This document shows positions 36,261-47,091 of a DNA stretch of 64,000 nucleotides, piece by piece (positions within the stretch are counted from its first letter, which is position 1; the number at the start of each line of letters is the position of its first letter). Source of the stretch: an uncultured Clostridia bacterium (lineage in GTDB: Bacteria; Bacillota; Clostridia; Christensenellales; UBA1242); NCBI GenBank assembly GCA_934757855.1, contig CAKVLR010000003.1, forward strand, positions 22,373 to 86,372, read 5' to 3'. The position numbers and the translations under genes were made by a program. The notes under the pieces are model-generated. The model saw only the letters and a list, made by a program, of their open reading frames with translations, was not told where the DNA came from and searched no databases.

Positions 36261-36284
36261 AAATAAAAACCGCAAATTAGCGGT
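36261..36284 (-). terminator. terminator after the 1510-aa gene
   Basis: ACCGC (36269-36273) pairs with GCGGT (36280-36284). On the minus strand it is followed by TTTTTATTTT. Confidence 0.5.
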
Positions 36285-36295
36285 CTTTATCTAAT

Positions 36296-39200
36296 TTATT
36301 TCTTCTTGGAATGTTTCTTATTCTTGTGCTTATTTAAAGAATGATTTTTCTTTGATGAATTTTTGTTTGCTTGAACAGTTCTTGGAGTTTCGGTAGCGGT
36401 GGTTTTTGCTACTTTTTCCTCTTTAACCTCTTGCTTTTCAATCTTTTCATCTTGAATTTCAGTCTTTAATGTTGGTTTTTCTTCGCTTGCCTTTTGTTTC
36501 CTGCCTACCAACTCACCATTGTGATTTACTGGCGCAACAGTTATTTTACGCACAGGGATAGGCGCAACATTTTGCCTTGTATTCTTTCTTGTAGGAACTG
36601 GCTCGATAGTGTCGCGATAACGCTCGCGTTTGCGAGGTTTTTGCAACAATTCTTTGTCGTCTTTACTGCTCAAAAGCACACGAACTGGCATTGGCTCAGC
36701 CTCTTTCATCTTGATGTACATAGCAGAACCAGCAATCAAGATAATTGCAAACATAAAGCAACCAGCCAAGATAATCAAAATATTCCAATCAAAGTTTTTC
36801 TTGAACAATGCACGCACTTCAATGTCACCATTTAGGCTAAGATTGAGTGTTGCATCAGTACTGATAACAACATCATTTACTACCCAACCTACAAACGAGC
36901 AGTTGTTTTCGCTAACCGCTTGCAAAACAACATTTTCGCGATATTTACCAGTTGTGTTACCGACTACCTTACCTAGTTTATTGTCATTTGTAGTCAAAAT
37001 AACCGTAAAGATTGGCTCAAACTCAGCAATTATCGTACGGTCGCTACGATTTGTGGTGAATGTATAACTCTCGTTTTTGCTAACCTCTTGTCCGCTCTCT
37101 CTCCAGCCTACAAAACGGTAACCTGTTTTTGAAGTTGCCTTAACCGTCACAGTATCGCCAACAAGGTATTCACCAGCACCAGTAACTGTACCAGCATTTG
37201 CATCAGACATACCTAACAATACTTTTGATACACGCTCAAAATTAGCATACAATTTTAAGTCTTTGGTAATTGCCATATTTAAAGTACTTTCAGCAGAAAC
37301 CTTTGTACCACGGTTGCTTGCTGAATTTAAATCCCAAACATACCAACCAACAAACCTAAACCCTTCTTTTGCGGTTGCAGTAACATTAATTTGCCTTCCA
37401 TATTCTAAACTATTTGCGTAAAGTCCTGAGATAACACCCGCGTTAGATAAATCGTCATATCCATTTGCCTCTTGGTTCCATCTTACAGCGTTTGCAGAAA
37501 TTGTGTATTTGCGAGGGATAAACACTGCCGTAACATTCAAGTTTTCATCAGAAATAATTATCGAAAATTCGCTTTCAGTTGAGGTTGGAATACCATTTAC
37601 TTCCCAATAACTAAATACTGCCGAAGATGTACTGTCATTGCTAAGTTCAAATCTAACCTCAGTGCGGTATTTTTGAGTAAGAGTCGTCTTTTCTGTAATC
37701 GTGTTGCCATTTGCTTTAATCACACCTGCGCTGATAGGCAACCCCTTTGAATCTACGGTTATATTTACAGTTTTAACGCGTAAGTTTGCTCTAAGAATAA
37801 TATTGTCAGTAATGCGTGGGCAAGTGAATTTTGAGCCATTAGTTACAGCACCTTCAATACTGTTTCCTTGCACTTCCCAATTTGAAAATACCAAAAATGC
37901 TGGTTGATTAACAATAATTTGCACTGGTGAGCCGTAGTCATACAAGCCTATTCCGCTTACGCAATCATCGTGCAGAATGTAACTATTGTCATCAACATTC
38001 AAAATTACTTGTACATTTAATTTGATAATTTCTAAATCAATGTTAATTGTAGTGTTCCTAGTAATAGCAAATGTAGGTTGCGTGCCGAATTCATTATTCA
38101 AATCATCAACAATACTTACAATTTGATATCCCTCACTCAACCTAATTACTAGACTAAGCACAGTATTATAATCAAATTCGTGAGTGCCAATTAATGAAGC
38201 ATTATTATCACCGTTGTAAACCTCAGCACCATTGGCGTGTGACAACACAACATTCAAAGTAAATTTTTGAATAGTAAATATTGCCTCACAAACAATGTGG
38301 TCGGTAATATTTGAAATTGTCAATGTTCCATTTTCCAAATCAACCACTACACCAGCGCTACCCGCAGAAAAATCATAAGGAGTTTCGCCAATAGTTAGTT
38401 TAAATCCAGTCAAATCGTAGCCGGTTTCTGCGTTTGCTTGAATTACGACATTGTCGCCGTAGTAGTAAACATTTGTATTTGGCGCAATGATACTTATTGT
38501 ACCACCGCTAGTTTGATTAAGAGAAATATTAAATTTTTTCTTCTCAAACAAACCAACGATAGTCAAAGTTTCTTCATCATAATTGCCCAGAGTAAACAAG
38601 TATGTTAATTCTTTTCCCTCTACAATGCCATTTATTTGCCACCCAACAAACTCATAACGGTCGTCTGTTACCTCGGCAGTTAATAGCATATTTTCACCGA
38701 ATTTAACTACTGCGCCCGTAGTCACAGCATTTTCGTTTATAACCGCATTTACGCTCCCCACCGTTTCGTTTGCACTTAAATCAAGTGTAAATTCTTTTGG
38801 GGTCACAACCGCAATGGTAGATAACCTTTCTGGAATTGTGCTATCAGGGTTTTCAGCAACAAACGCATCGAGGTATTGTTGAATACTAAATACCGCGTTT
38901 GAGCCATTTGGAGCAAGCGAACTTTGGTAATTATTAGTCCAACTGCTAACTCTATAACCGCTCTTTGGCGTTACGCTAAAAGTAACTGTATCAATGTATC
39001 TTGCAGTGATGTCTGTATTGATATTCGCTTCAAGACCAGTTTCATTTACTCTAATCGTAGTGGTGTCTGCATCATAATTATCTGAATCTATTGAAAGTGT
39101 AACTGTATATTGCTTGTAAGCAAATGTTGTAAAAAGTGTCGCATCGTGTGAAGTAAATACAGATGCAGATTCAATCTTAGCCATACTGGTATTCCACTGG

Positions 39201-40828
39201 TCGCCAATCAACGAGTCGCCTGAATAGTTAATTTGCCAATTGTAAAATTCGTATTTCTGTTTTGCGCTAATATTAGTCTTTATAAAAGGTGTTTGACCTT
39301 GTTCAAAGAAACTAAAACCATTGACATCATCAACCATAACTGGTGTCGTCTGGAATGAGCCATAAGCTTCACTAGCATCTTCCATATCGGTGTAAGTAAT
39401 ATCAGTACTACTTGTGTCAGCAATTTTTGAACCAAAATCATACTTAATCAATTGAGGCACTTGTACAAGCACTGGCAAACCATTGTTTACACTTGATTCC
39501 ATAGCCCAAATTTTACTACTGTTATTTTTCCATTCACCAGAAGCAAATTGCTCAACTGAACTTAATTTACTTGTCGCGTAGGAAGGAATTAGGCTATAAG
39601 CCCTGCCAAAACCAAAATCATCTTTAAAACTAAAACTTCTTTTTGCAAACATAGCAGAGGAGTATAAACTAGAAGAACCAGCATCTACCTTGTTACCAAT
39701 CACAAAACCGATATTAGTGATACTTGCATTAGACGCAATACTGCTTTCCTGTCCATCATCACGAATAGCCTCAACATCTGCTCTTGATACCAAAGCGCTA
39801 TTTATACTCTTGTAAACAACCGCTTGCCCTGATGATACAGCATACCCCACCATACCACCGACATTTGCTGTTTCATTTGCAGAATAAACATCATGTTTTG
39901 AATTGTATTCAACGCTATTGAAAGATTTTTTTGTCATAGGCGAATTGTAACAGTTGTAAATTGCAGAGCCATAGAGCAACGCACCCGCAATACCGCCAAC
40001 ATTCGCGCCACCTTGAATGTAACCAATGTTATAGCAATCTTCGATAATAATAGCACCAGTCGCGTTTGAATAAGTCCTAATATCATCTTCACTTACAGTT
40101 ACAGACTTATTCTCAAATTTAACAGTTTTGCCTTCTGTAAATTTGTTAGGATCTGCACCAAAACCATACGCAACGATAGCACCAACATAAGTACGGTTAG
40201 TGATGATAACAGTGTCTTTCAAACCCAACAACTGAATTGTAGGTGTGTATTCAACTGTTTCATCTTTGAAGTACTTCACATAACCAAACAAGCCCGCAAA
40301 AGTGTCATCAATATCCTCATTATCCTCGCTAACAGTTGTCAAATCATCAATGATTGTTAAACCATAGATTGAATGCCCACCACCGCTAAAATTTCCCAAA
40401 AATGGATTTAAAGCAGTACCAATAGGCTCCCAATTCCAACTAGACAAATTCAAGTGATTTTCCATACGGAAAGAAGCACGAGTATATTTCTCTTGTTGCG
40501 CTAACTCAACGGTTTGCTCAGCAGTAAAAACAGTGTTTACCCAATAAGCCAACTTACGCAAGTCGTATTCATTATTTATTTTATATGGGTTGTCCACCGA
40601 ATTTGGCTGAGAAGTGTCCACCAATTCAAAATCACCATTAGTGTCATCTTCGCTAAACACAAATCCACTTAACGCGCTAGGCGGTAAAGTATTGTCCGCC
40701 GACACCTTAGACTTTTCTATCCCTCCTGTGCAAAGCACAAAAGTTGTAGCAATTACACCCAAAAAGAGCATCGCAAAGAATTGCCATACTAATTTGGTAT
40801 TTTGCTTAAAGTCTCTTAATAAACTCAT
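36296..40828 (-). CDS. giant type I surface protein: GLUG-like N-terminal region, at least 8 InlB-B-repeat-like units, TM, Lys-rich cytoplasmic tail
   Basis: 1510 aa with an N-terminal signal/anchor. GLUG-like motifs: FAGLFGYVKY, NVGGIAGALLYGSAIYNCYN, NVGGMVGYAVSS. Repeats with aromatic-x-(G/N/S)W: YEFYNWQINY, YEFVGWQINGI, FLVFSNWEVQGN, AVFSYWEVNGI, FRFVGWYVWD, YRFVGWRESG, CSFVGWVVND. TM ILIILAGCFMFAIILIAGSAMYI, then a ~150-aa basic tail. No LPXTG. Confidence 0.8.
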   Translation of the reverse strand: MSLLRDFKQNTKLVWQFFAMLFLGVIATTFVLCTGGIEKSKVSADNTLPPSALSGFVFSEDDTNGDFELVDTSQPNSVDNPYKINNEYDLRKLAYWVNTVFTAEQTVELAQQEKYTRASFRMENHLNLSSWNWEPIGTALNPFLGNFSGGGHSIYGLTIIDDLTTVSEDNEDIDDTFAGLFGYVKYFKDETVEYTPTIQLLGLKDTVIITNRTYVGAIVAYGFGADPNKFTEGKTVKFENKSVTVSEDDIRTYSNATGAIIIEDCYNIGYIQGGANVGGIAGALLYGSAIYNCYNSPMTKKSFNSVEYNSKHDVYSANETANVGGMVGYAVSSGQAVVYKSINSALVSRADVEAIRDDGQESSIASNASITNIGFVIGNKVDAGSSSLYSSAMFAKRSFSFKDDFGFGRAYSLIPSYATSKLSSVEQFASGEWKNNSSKIWAMESSVNNGLPVLVQVPQLIKYDFGSKIADTSSTDITYTDMEDASEAYGSFQTTPVMVDDVNGFSFFEQGQTPFIKTNISAKQKYEFYNWQINYSGDSLIGDQWNTSMAKIESASVFTSHDATLFTTFAYKQYTVTLSIDSDNYDADTTTIRVNETGLEANINTDITARYIDTVTFSVTPKSGYRVSSWTNNYQSSLAPNGSNAVFSIQQYLDAFVAENPDSTIPERLSTIAVVTPKEFTLDLSANETVGSVNAVINENAVTTGAVVKFGENMLLTAEVTDDRYEFVGWQINGIVEGKELTYLFTLGNYDEETLTIVGLFEKKKFNISLNQTSGGTISIIAPNTNVYYYGDNVVIQANAETGYDLTGFKLTIGETPYDFSAGSAGVVVDLENGTLTISNITDHIVCEAIFTIQKFTLNVVLSHANGAEVYNGDNNASLIGTHEFDYNTVLSLVIRLSEGYQIVSIVDDLNNEFGTQPTFAITRNTTINIDLEIIKLNVQVILNVDDNSYILHDDCVSGIGLYDYGSPVQIIVNQPAFLVFSNWEVQGNSIEGAVTNGSKFTCPRITDNIILRANLRVKTVNITVDSKGLPISAGVIKANGNTITEKTTLTQKYRTEVRFELSNDSTSSAVFSYWEVNGIPTSTESEFSIIISDENLNVTAVFIPRKYTISANAVRWNQEANGYDDLSNAGVISGLYANSLEYGRQINVTATAKEGFRFVGWYVWDLNSASNRGTKVSAESTLNMAITKDLKLYANFERVSKVLLGMSDANAGTVTGAGEYLVGDTVTVKATSKTGYRFVGWRESGQEVSKNESYTFTTNRSDRTIIAEFEPIFTVILTTNDNKLGKVVGNTTGKYRENVVLQAVSENNCSFVGWVVNDVVISTDATLNLSLNGDIEVRALFKKNFDWNILIILAGCFMFAIILIAGSAMYIKMKEAEPMPVRVLLSSKDDKELLQKPRKRERYRDTIEPVPTRKNTRQNVAPIPVRKITVAPVNHNGELVGRKQKASEEKPTLKTEIQDEKIEKQEVKEEKVAKTTATETPRTVQANKNSSKKNHSLNKHKNKKHSKKK

Positions 40829-40875
40829 TTTTCCCTCCGAGTCAAAAAGCAGTTGCCCTTACTTTTTGCTATTTT

Positions 40876-41790
40876 TTATTTTCTAATAGGAAATTTAATT
40901 TCAAGGTCCGAATTTTGTACATAGCCCAAATATTCTGGAGCGAAGCGCTTTCCATCAATCTTAAAGCCATCACCGTGGAAGTCAGAACCACCTGTTTTGA
41001 TTAAATGTTGTTGGTCGCAAAAATCAGACAACCATTGCGCCTCTGAGAGGCTAAATTTTTTATGTATGCACTCAAAGCCATCTAGAATATCGAGTGCAGT
41101 CAAATCTTTTATCAACTTTTTAGGGTTTGCTTCACCATATACCTTAAACGCGTGTGCAAAAATCGCATAACCGCCCGCCTCGTGAATGCGCTCACAAACC
41201 TCCTCAATAGTAGGAGTATCTTTGATTAAGTCGTAGCAGTGAAAAATTGCCCCTGGTTTTGCCACATGGTCACGGTAGAAATTATCAGTTTTACCAACAC
41301 CATATTTGTCGTACATCTTTTGGTTTTCTGGATAATTTGCCAAATCGTGGAAGAATGTCTTGTGCGCTGTCCTATAAATAGGGTCAAATTGCAGACCTTC
41401 CGTAAACTTAAAACCTAACCTTGCCCCTATTTCCTTTAAAGTTTCCAGCCTTTTTTCTTCTAATGTGAATTGATAGTCATAACTAAGTACTGGAAATTTT
41501 GCCAAAGTATCAAGGTCAAAGTCATAAGCCAAAACCTCATATTTTTTACCATTGTAGGTAACAGCAATTTCACAGCCATTTACAATTCTACCACAAAAAC
41601 CGCCATTGCTTTTCATTTCGCGGACTTCAAAATTCGCCTCTAAATTGTCGTGGTCAGTAAATGCCATAACATCTAGCCCTCTATTTTCAGCAAAGCGCAA
41701 TAATTCAGGCACAGAATACATACCGTCCGAATACTGCGTGTGAATATGCATATCAATTAATTGTCCATTTCTATATAATTTATTGAACAT
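40876..41790 (-). CDS. PHP-domain phosphoesterase (TrpH/YciV-like)
   Basis: 304 aa with DMHIHTQYSDG, AFTDHDN, FAHAF and GGSDFHG metal-ligand motifs. No signal peptide. Confidence 0.8.
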   Translation of the reverse strand: MFNKLYRNGQLIDMHIHTQYSDGMYSVPELLRFAENRGLDVMAFTDHDNLEANFEVREMKSNGGFCGRIVNGCEIAVTYNGKKYEVLAYDFDLDTLAKFPVLSYDYQFTLEEKRLETLKEIGARLGFKFTEGLQFDPIYRTAHKTFFHDLANYPENQKMYDKYGVGKTDNFYRDHVAKPGAIFHCYDLIKDTPTIEEVCERIHEAGGYAIFAHAFKVYGEANPKKLIKDLTALDILDGFECIHKKFSLSEAQWLSDFCDQQHLIKTGGSDFHGDGFKIDGKRFAPEYLGYVQNSDLEIKFPIRK

Positions 41791-41810
41791 TGACCTTTTC
41801 TCCTTTTTTA

Positions 41811-44800
41811 TTAGAAAATTGCAGAACCAAATACACTTTGACTACCTTTGATGATTTCAGAAACATTTATTGTAACTGTTGTCGCCGAGCCATTAACAAC
41901 AGTCAAAGTAGAACCTTCCAAAGTAGAACCACTTACCGATGTAGTTGCTTTTACAAAAATAGGCAAGATTGCAGAAATTGTGTAATCTGTTGCTTGACAC
42001 TCAATAGTTTGATTACTACCTTTTGGTAAAATCATAACAAATGTATCAGATGAGTCGTTTTTGTTCACCAAAATTACTAGTAATGCACTAGATTCATTAC
42101 CTGTTACATTGTCAGTGAATGAGATATTTAATGCTTGCAACAAGATAAACTTATATACAATAGTAACATTGTCATAGTTTCCTTTTGTTGCCGTATCAGG
42201 TAATGTGATTGAACTTGCTGGAGAATACTCAATCTCATTGCTACCAGTTTTTACAATTATACTATCCAAAATTGCTTTTCTTGCGATTGTGTCTGTATAA
42301 CTAAATTGACTCTTTGTTGCATTTACAACTAATGAATTACCATACAAAACATAGAAGGCGCTTGCGTAATTTACTGCATTTGCTGTACCAACTTTGTATG
42401 TATAAGAGTTTTTAGCCTGCGCGGTTGTCAACCCTAAACCTTTTACTGTTGTTCCCGCAACAGCAGAATCTTTTGTACCATTCAAGTTATCAGCAATAGT
42501 CACTTGGTAACGGTGCATAATGTAGTAAATCTTAATTGTTTTATTTTCGTTTAATGTAAAAGTCATTGTTGCAGAATTACCGTATGCTGTACTGGTTGGA
42601 TTTACAGTTGCTTCACTTGTGTTACTAGCATTAAAGCGTTCAATTTTTGATACTTTATAACCATTCGCAGAACTTGAAGTATTAGCGGTAACAGTCACGC
42701 TACTATTCAATGCGTAACTACCACCCTTACCATTTGTGTTTATTGTATAGTATGTTGCTAGAGTTGAGTCATCTTGCTTATAACTAGTTCCCCCATCTGT
42801 ACTAACAAAACTTTGTACTGTGATAATTCTCGTAATAGTAATGAAATTTAAAGTAACATCAATAGTAGTATTTGAGTAGCCAGCAGTAGTGGCAGGGCTC
42901 AAAGCGTAAATACCTTTTACAGTTTTATCACCAGACATTTTACCAAATATCGCTTGCGCATTTGTAATAATTTCATATGTCCCGCTTGTGTGACCTGTGG
43001 TAAATGTCTTTGTGCTTGTACCTATCTTAATAGTAACGCTATCAAAGAAGTATTGTGTTGCTAATGCTTGTGAATTAATTTTTACCGTATAACCGCTAAC
43101 CGAACTAGCAAAATTTAATCCACTCGCTTGAGCATTGCTCAATGTCACATTGGATGCCGTTATTCCACTCACAGCAAAATTAATAGTATATGCATTTCTC
43201 AAAGCAAATGTAACGGTATAAGTAGTAGATGTAGTTGCTTTCAAAGTTGCAGTTGAGTAAACAACACCATTTGTAGCAGTAGCACAAGTCACTGTTGGGC
43301 TAATTGTACTAAAACCATAACCAGTAGAGTATGAAGGTACTGCGTAAATGTAGTATACATCACCATAATCAACAGTAATTGTCAAAACATTTGCACTACT
43401 CTCAGTAAGTGAAGTTTGTTGGCCCTTTGTTGTGCTGATAATCACTTTACCATTGCTAGGCGTATTTGCTTTTATGGTAATTTGAGTCATAGTATAAGTT
43501 GCAACAAATTCCAAAGTCGTTACGCTATCAGCAGGTCTTAAAGCATCTGTTGACATTGCAGTGCTAATATTAAACGCTGTCTTATTTGTCACAGCAACTG
43601 AAGAAGTAGCGGTACCCACTTTTAAAGTGTAACTCTTAAAATCTAATCCCGTTACAGTACCTGCAGTCGGAGTAATTGGAGAATTGTAAACAGTCTTTTT
43701 AGTGCCTGTTGCAGTACTTGTAATTGTAGTCGCGGTAGTCGTGCCAGCCTCCGTAAAACTCAAAGTAGATACAGGTTTTGTACTAGTAAATTTACTAGGT
43801 ACTGTTACCGAAGTCTTAATCTCATAGACACGATTATATGTTGCTCTTATAAAGTACTTGTCCGCAGTATTAGTCACACCCGCTGTAAATGTAGCAGTCG
43901 TTCCAGAGTGATTAATTGCAGTGGCAAGGTTTGCTTGCGTTGTGCCACCTTTCAAACTAACAAACTGACACTGAGCATTACTACCTAATTGAATAGTAAT
44001 TACCGTACCTTCATCGTACCAATTACCAGACACACTAGAAATTGCATTTGGTTGAGTGTATGAGAATGAAGAATTTTTATAACTTGAACTAAAACCGTTT
44101 GAAACACTATCAATAGTTACAGAGTAAATGCGCACAAATCTAGCCTCTAAATTGTAGTAGTCATCAAGTGAGAATGAAGCAGTGGTCGAGTTTACCCAAT
44201 TTCCACTAGGTTGCCTATCAGTAGTCATCATATTGCCTGACAAGTCAACATCGTAGAAATACCAGCCAGCAAAGCGGTAATAGTGATTTGTAGCATCAGC
44301 GTAAGGAGTTGCAATTAATTTTACAGTTGTACCAACGGTTGTAGTCACTGTTGATGCATTATTTACCGTTGCAGTACCACCTTTTACTACTTTTACATTA
44401 ACAGTAGGTTTTTTCATAAATATGTAAAGCATAGGCATTCTGTCATTTAATACATTCGACATAAACCAAGTACCACTTGTGCTACCATTTTTAAATGTAA
44501 AGCCAGAGAAAGTGCTTGCCGTGCGAACAGCATCATAACTAGAAATTGCTGTACCTATACTATTTCCTGTTGAGTTGTAGTAGTAACAATTTGTAACCGT
44601 ACCGCTAGTGTTTCCACCCGCAATACCGCCGTAATTTGTACTCAAAGTACTACCAACACTACCATTATTGTAGCAATTTTTGATTAAAGAACTGCTGATA
44701 TTACCTACAATACCACCCACATACTGGCTACCAGTTACAGCGTGCAAATTGTAACAATCCTGCACCCCCTTAGCACTACTTGCTGATATTTGTCCAACAA

Positions 44801-46238
44801 TACCACCTACATACTGCTTACCTGACACACCGCTGTCACTATAACATTGAGAAATTAATGAGTTATTTGCTTGACAAACCACACCACCAACATAATCATT
44901 TGTAGTGTACCAAGTAGAATTAAGAATACCTATTTTCTCAATAGTAGCGCTATCAACATATCCAAATAAACCAGCGAGCCCAGACCCCGCACTTGCAAGA
45001 TTGCTGATAGTAAACCCATTACCACTGAAATTACCTTTGAATGGGAAACCTTCCCTGCCGATAGGACTCCAAACCGTGATTGAGTCGCCACCAGTTGCAG
45101 TCAACATATCAATATCTTTTGTCAAAACAAAGTATTTTCCGCTAAAATCTTGACCTGACATAACAGCACTAGACAAAATACACAAAGTTTCAGGCTTTGA
45201 AATAGTAAATTTGTCGCTAGAAGTACCTGTGTGTGAAGTACCTTCTGATGAGTTGATACTGCTAGAATAATCAACACCAGAAGCAGTCAACACTGCATTG
45301 ATAGATGAATAATCATTTGCACTTGCTTGCATAACTTCATTTTTGCAAACGCTAGGCATATAAACATTGATACAAGGGTGAATACTTAGTTTTACACCGC
45401 TATTTTGCCCTTTAATTACGCCATTTGCGATACTTGCGATAGAATTATCTACATTTGAGCGCAACCACATATTATCAGCGTTTAAGCGCATTTCGTTTGA
45501 TGTATTCCACAAACCAGAGTTTACAGTAAAGCCGTTTGCATTGATAGTTTTGAAACTATTAACTCTCGCTCTTGGTGAATATTCGGTATTAGCGAAACCA
45601 CCTACTTCGTAGGCGCTTGGTATCCAAATTTTATCTCCATTAATTCCATCATTATTGCTAATTACACCATTATTTAAGGTGTTTAAAATCACGGCTTGCG
45701 CGCCTTTCGCTTGATAGTACAAGCGGTTATCACCGTAAGGTACAATCAAACTATCGAGGTCAGCATAACCTACTTTTTGTAAAAATTGAGGGTAAAAAGT
45801 GTTCAAAAGGTAATCTCTTACTTCACTTTGCGAGTAACTATTACCACCAAAACTCATTTCAGCCACTGAATCATTTGCGTAAAGGGTCAAAATGTCGTTT
45901 TGCTTGTACACAACAGTCCAGTTTATACCGCCCAACTTAATAACTGATGATACAATACTACCACCAGCATTACCCAATGCTACATTATCACCGTAAAGCG
46001 ACACATTTTGCGCTAGTCTAGTAGCAATATCTTCATCTACACCATTAGCAGAAAATAGTGCATTGTTATCAAGCACATCAGTTTTATTATTATTTTCAGG
46101 TTGAACAACAAAATTCTGCTTTTGAGAGAAAATTACTCCCAGAGTAATCGCAGTTGCGCAAACTACAACCATAACCGCCAAAATAACTACTTTTAGCCAT
46201 TTTGTTGATAGGTTTACACCCCTGATAAATGTACTCAT
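41811..46238 (-). CDS. giant surface protein: N-terminal TM anchor, DUF6273-like module, GLUG-like repeats, long Ser/Thr-rich beta-rich region
   Basis: 1475 aa with TM VVILAVMVVVCATAITLGVIF. DUF6273-like signature: KLGGINWTVVY ... IWIPSAYEVGG ... MWLRS ... SIHPCINVYM. GLUG-like motifs: LAGLFGYVDS, YVGGVVCQANNSLISQCYS, YVGGIVGQISA...DCYN, YVGGIVGNISSSLIKNCYN, NYGGIAGGNTSGTVTNCYY. One B-repeat-like unit YYRFAGWYFYD. Confidence 0.8.
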   Translation of the reverse strand: MSTFIRGVNLSTKWLKVVILAVMVVVCATAITLGVIFSQKQNFVVQPENNNKTDVLDNNALFSANGVDEDIATRLAQNVSLYGDNVALGNAGGSIVSSVIKLGGINWTVVYKQNDILTLYANDSVAEMSFGGNSYSQSEVRDYLLNTFYPQFLQKVGYADLDSLIVPYGDNRLYYQAKGAQAVILNTLNNGVISNNDGINGDKIWIPSAYEVGGFANTEYSPRARVNSFKTINANGFTVNSGLWNTSNEMRLNADNMWLRSNVDNSIASIANGVIKGQNSGVKLSIHPCINVYMPSVCKNEVMQASANDYSSINAVLTASGVDYSSSINSSEGTSHTGTSSDKFTISKPETLCILSSAVMSGQDFSGKYFVLTKDIDMLTATGGDSITVWSPIGREGFPFKGNFSGNGFTISNLASAGSGLAGLFGYVDSATIEKIGILNSTWYTTNDYVGGVVCQANNSLISQCYSDSGVSGKQYVGGIVGQISASSAKGVQDCYNLHAVTGSQYVGGIVGNISSSLIKNCYNNGSVGSTLSTNYGGIAGGNTSGTVTNCYYYNSTGNSIGTAISSYDAVRTASTFSGFTFKNGSTSGTWFMSNVLNDRMPMLYIFMKKPTVNVKVVKGGTATVNNASTVTTTVGTTVKLIATPYADATNHYYRFAGWYFYDVDLSGNMMTTDRQPSGNWVNSTTASFSLDDYYNLEARFVRIYSVTIDSVSNGFSSSYKNSSFSYTQPNAISSVSGNWYDEGTVITIQLGSNAQCQFVSLKGGTTQANLATAINHSGTTATFTAGVTNTADKYFIRATYNRVYEIKTSVTVPSKFTSTKPVSTLSFTEAGTTTATTITSTATGTKKTVYNSPITPTAGTVTGLDFKSYTLKVGTATSSVAVTNKTAFNISTAMSTDALRPADSVTTLEFVATYTMTQITIKANTPSNGKVIISTTKGQQTSLTESSANVLTITVDYGDVYYIYAVPSYSTGYGFSTISPTVTCATATNGVVYSTATLKATTSTTYTVTFALRNAYTINFAVSGITASNVTLSNAQASGLNFASSVSGYTVKINSQALATQYFFDSVTIKIGTSTKTFTTGHTSGTYEIITNAQAIFGKMSGDKTVKGIYALSPATTAGYSNTTIDVTLNFITITRIITVQSFVSTDGGTSYKQDDSTLATYYTINTNGKGGSYALNSSVTVTANTSSSANGYKVSKIERFNASNTSEATVNPTSTAYGNSATMTFTLNENKTIKIYYIMHRYQVTIADNLNGTKDSAVAGTTVKGLGLTTAQAKNSYTYKVGTANAVNYASAFYVLYGNSLVVNATKSQFSYTDTIARKAILDSIIVKTGSNEIEYSPASSITLPDTATKGNYDNVTIVYKFILLQALNISFTDNVTGNESSALLVILVNKNDSSDTFVMILPKGSNQTIECQATDYTISAILPIFVKATTSVSGSTLEGSTLTVVNGSATTVTINVSEIIKGSQSVFGSAIF

Positions 46239-46429
46239 AAACAGTCCTCCAATTTGTTTTTAAGTGTTGTTAAATTTTAATAAATTGCCACGAAAATTTA
46301 ATTTCTATATCTATTTTAACACAAAATACTAAAAACTTACAAACAAAATTCGACATATTTTAAAAATATTTTAAATTTTATTCTATTTTTCCTAATCTTT
46401 TCGTTAAAATACATAATTTTGGAACATTT

Positions 46430-47014
46430 TTATCTAGTTTCATCGAGATATGTCGCTTCTAGGTCGGCAATATGCAACAAAACGCATATAGGATACTTGT
46501 AATAAGCATCAGCAAGCGAATAACTACCACCCTTCACGCGCATATCAAAACCGCCCATATGCCAGTTGATAGCCATAGCCTCCTCCCTAGTCAAACGCAA
46601 GAAACCATTGATAATATACACTGATTTTTCACCGTGTCCATAAGGCAAAGTGTCCTCTACTGCATAAAAAGGCTGTTGCACCCAATTACCATCGACTTTT
46701 ACATTGCGCATTTCTACTTTATATGTATTTACCTTGCAAATATCGTGCAAAAGTGCCAAAATTGCTACGCTTTCCGCAGAAATCGTGTCTTGCCACTTTT
46801 CGCCATACTCATTTTTGACTAAATTTAACAATCTATCATAAACATTTAGAGAGTGCGCACAAAGTCCGCCTTCACAAGCGGAATGAAATTTTGTGCTAGC
46901 GGGACAAGTGAAAAAATCAGTCTTTTCTAGCCACTCCAAAAAGTTTTCTTTACCCTCACGATTTACATTTTCTCTAAAAATTTGTAAAAATCTTGCTTTA
47001 TTTTCTTCAATCAT
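46430..47014 (-). CDS. HD-domain metal-dependent phosphohydrolase
   Basis: I place the start at ATG 47014 (AGGTGAT RBS). The track ORF extends to 47071 across the promoter. Motifs: FHSACEGGLCAHSL, LLHDICK, PYGHGEKS, LHIADLEA. Confidence 0.75.
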   Translation of the reverse strand: MIEENKARFLQIFRENVNREGKENFLEWLEKTDFFTCPASTKFHSACEGGLCAHSLNVYDRLLNLVKNEYGEKWQDTISAESVAILALLHDICKVNTYKVEMRNVKVDGNWVQQPFYAVEDTLPYGHGEKSVYIINGFLRLTREEAMAINWHMGGFDMRVKGGSYSLADAYYKYPICVLLHIADLEATYLDETR

Positions 47015-47042
47015 TCTATCACCTATTCTGCAATATGTGTAT

Positions 47043-47071
47043 ATTGTATTAAATAAATCGAAATATGTCAA
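47043..47071 (-). promoter_or_regulatory. sigmaA-type promoter of the HD-domain gene
   Basis: On the minus strand: TTGACA (47071-47066), 17 nt, TACAAT (47048-47043). Confidence 0.55.
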
Positions 47072-47091
47072 ATAAAATTGAATAATGAAAT

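Noticed and set aside
36296-46238. Diversity-generating retroelement or other hypervariation system acting on the repeat-rich giant proteins
   Set aside because: No reverse transcriptase, no template/variable repeat pair recognisable by eye, no invertase and no long homopolymer or SSR tracts at the 5' ends of these genes.
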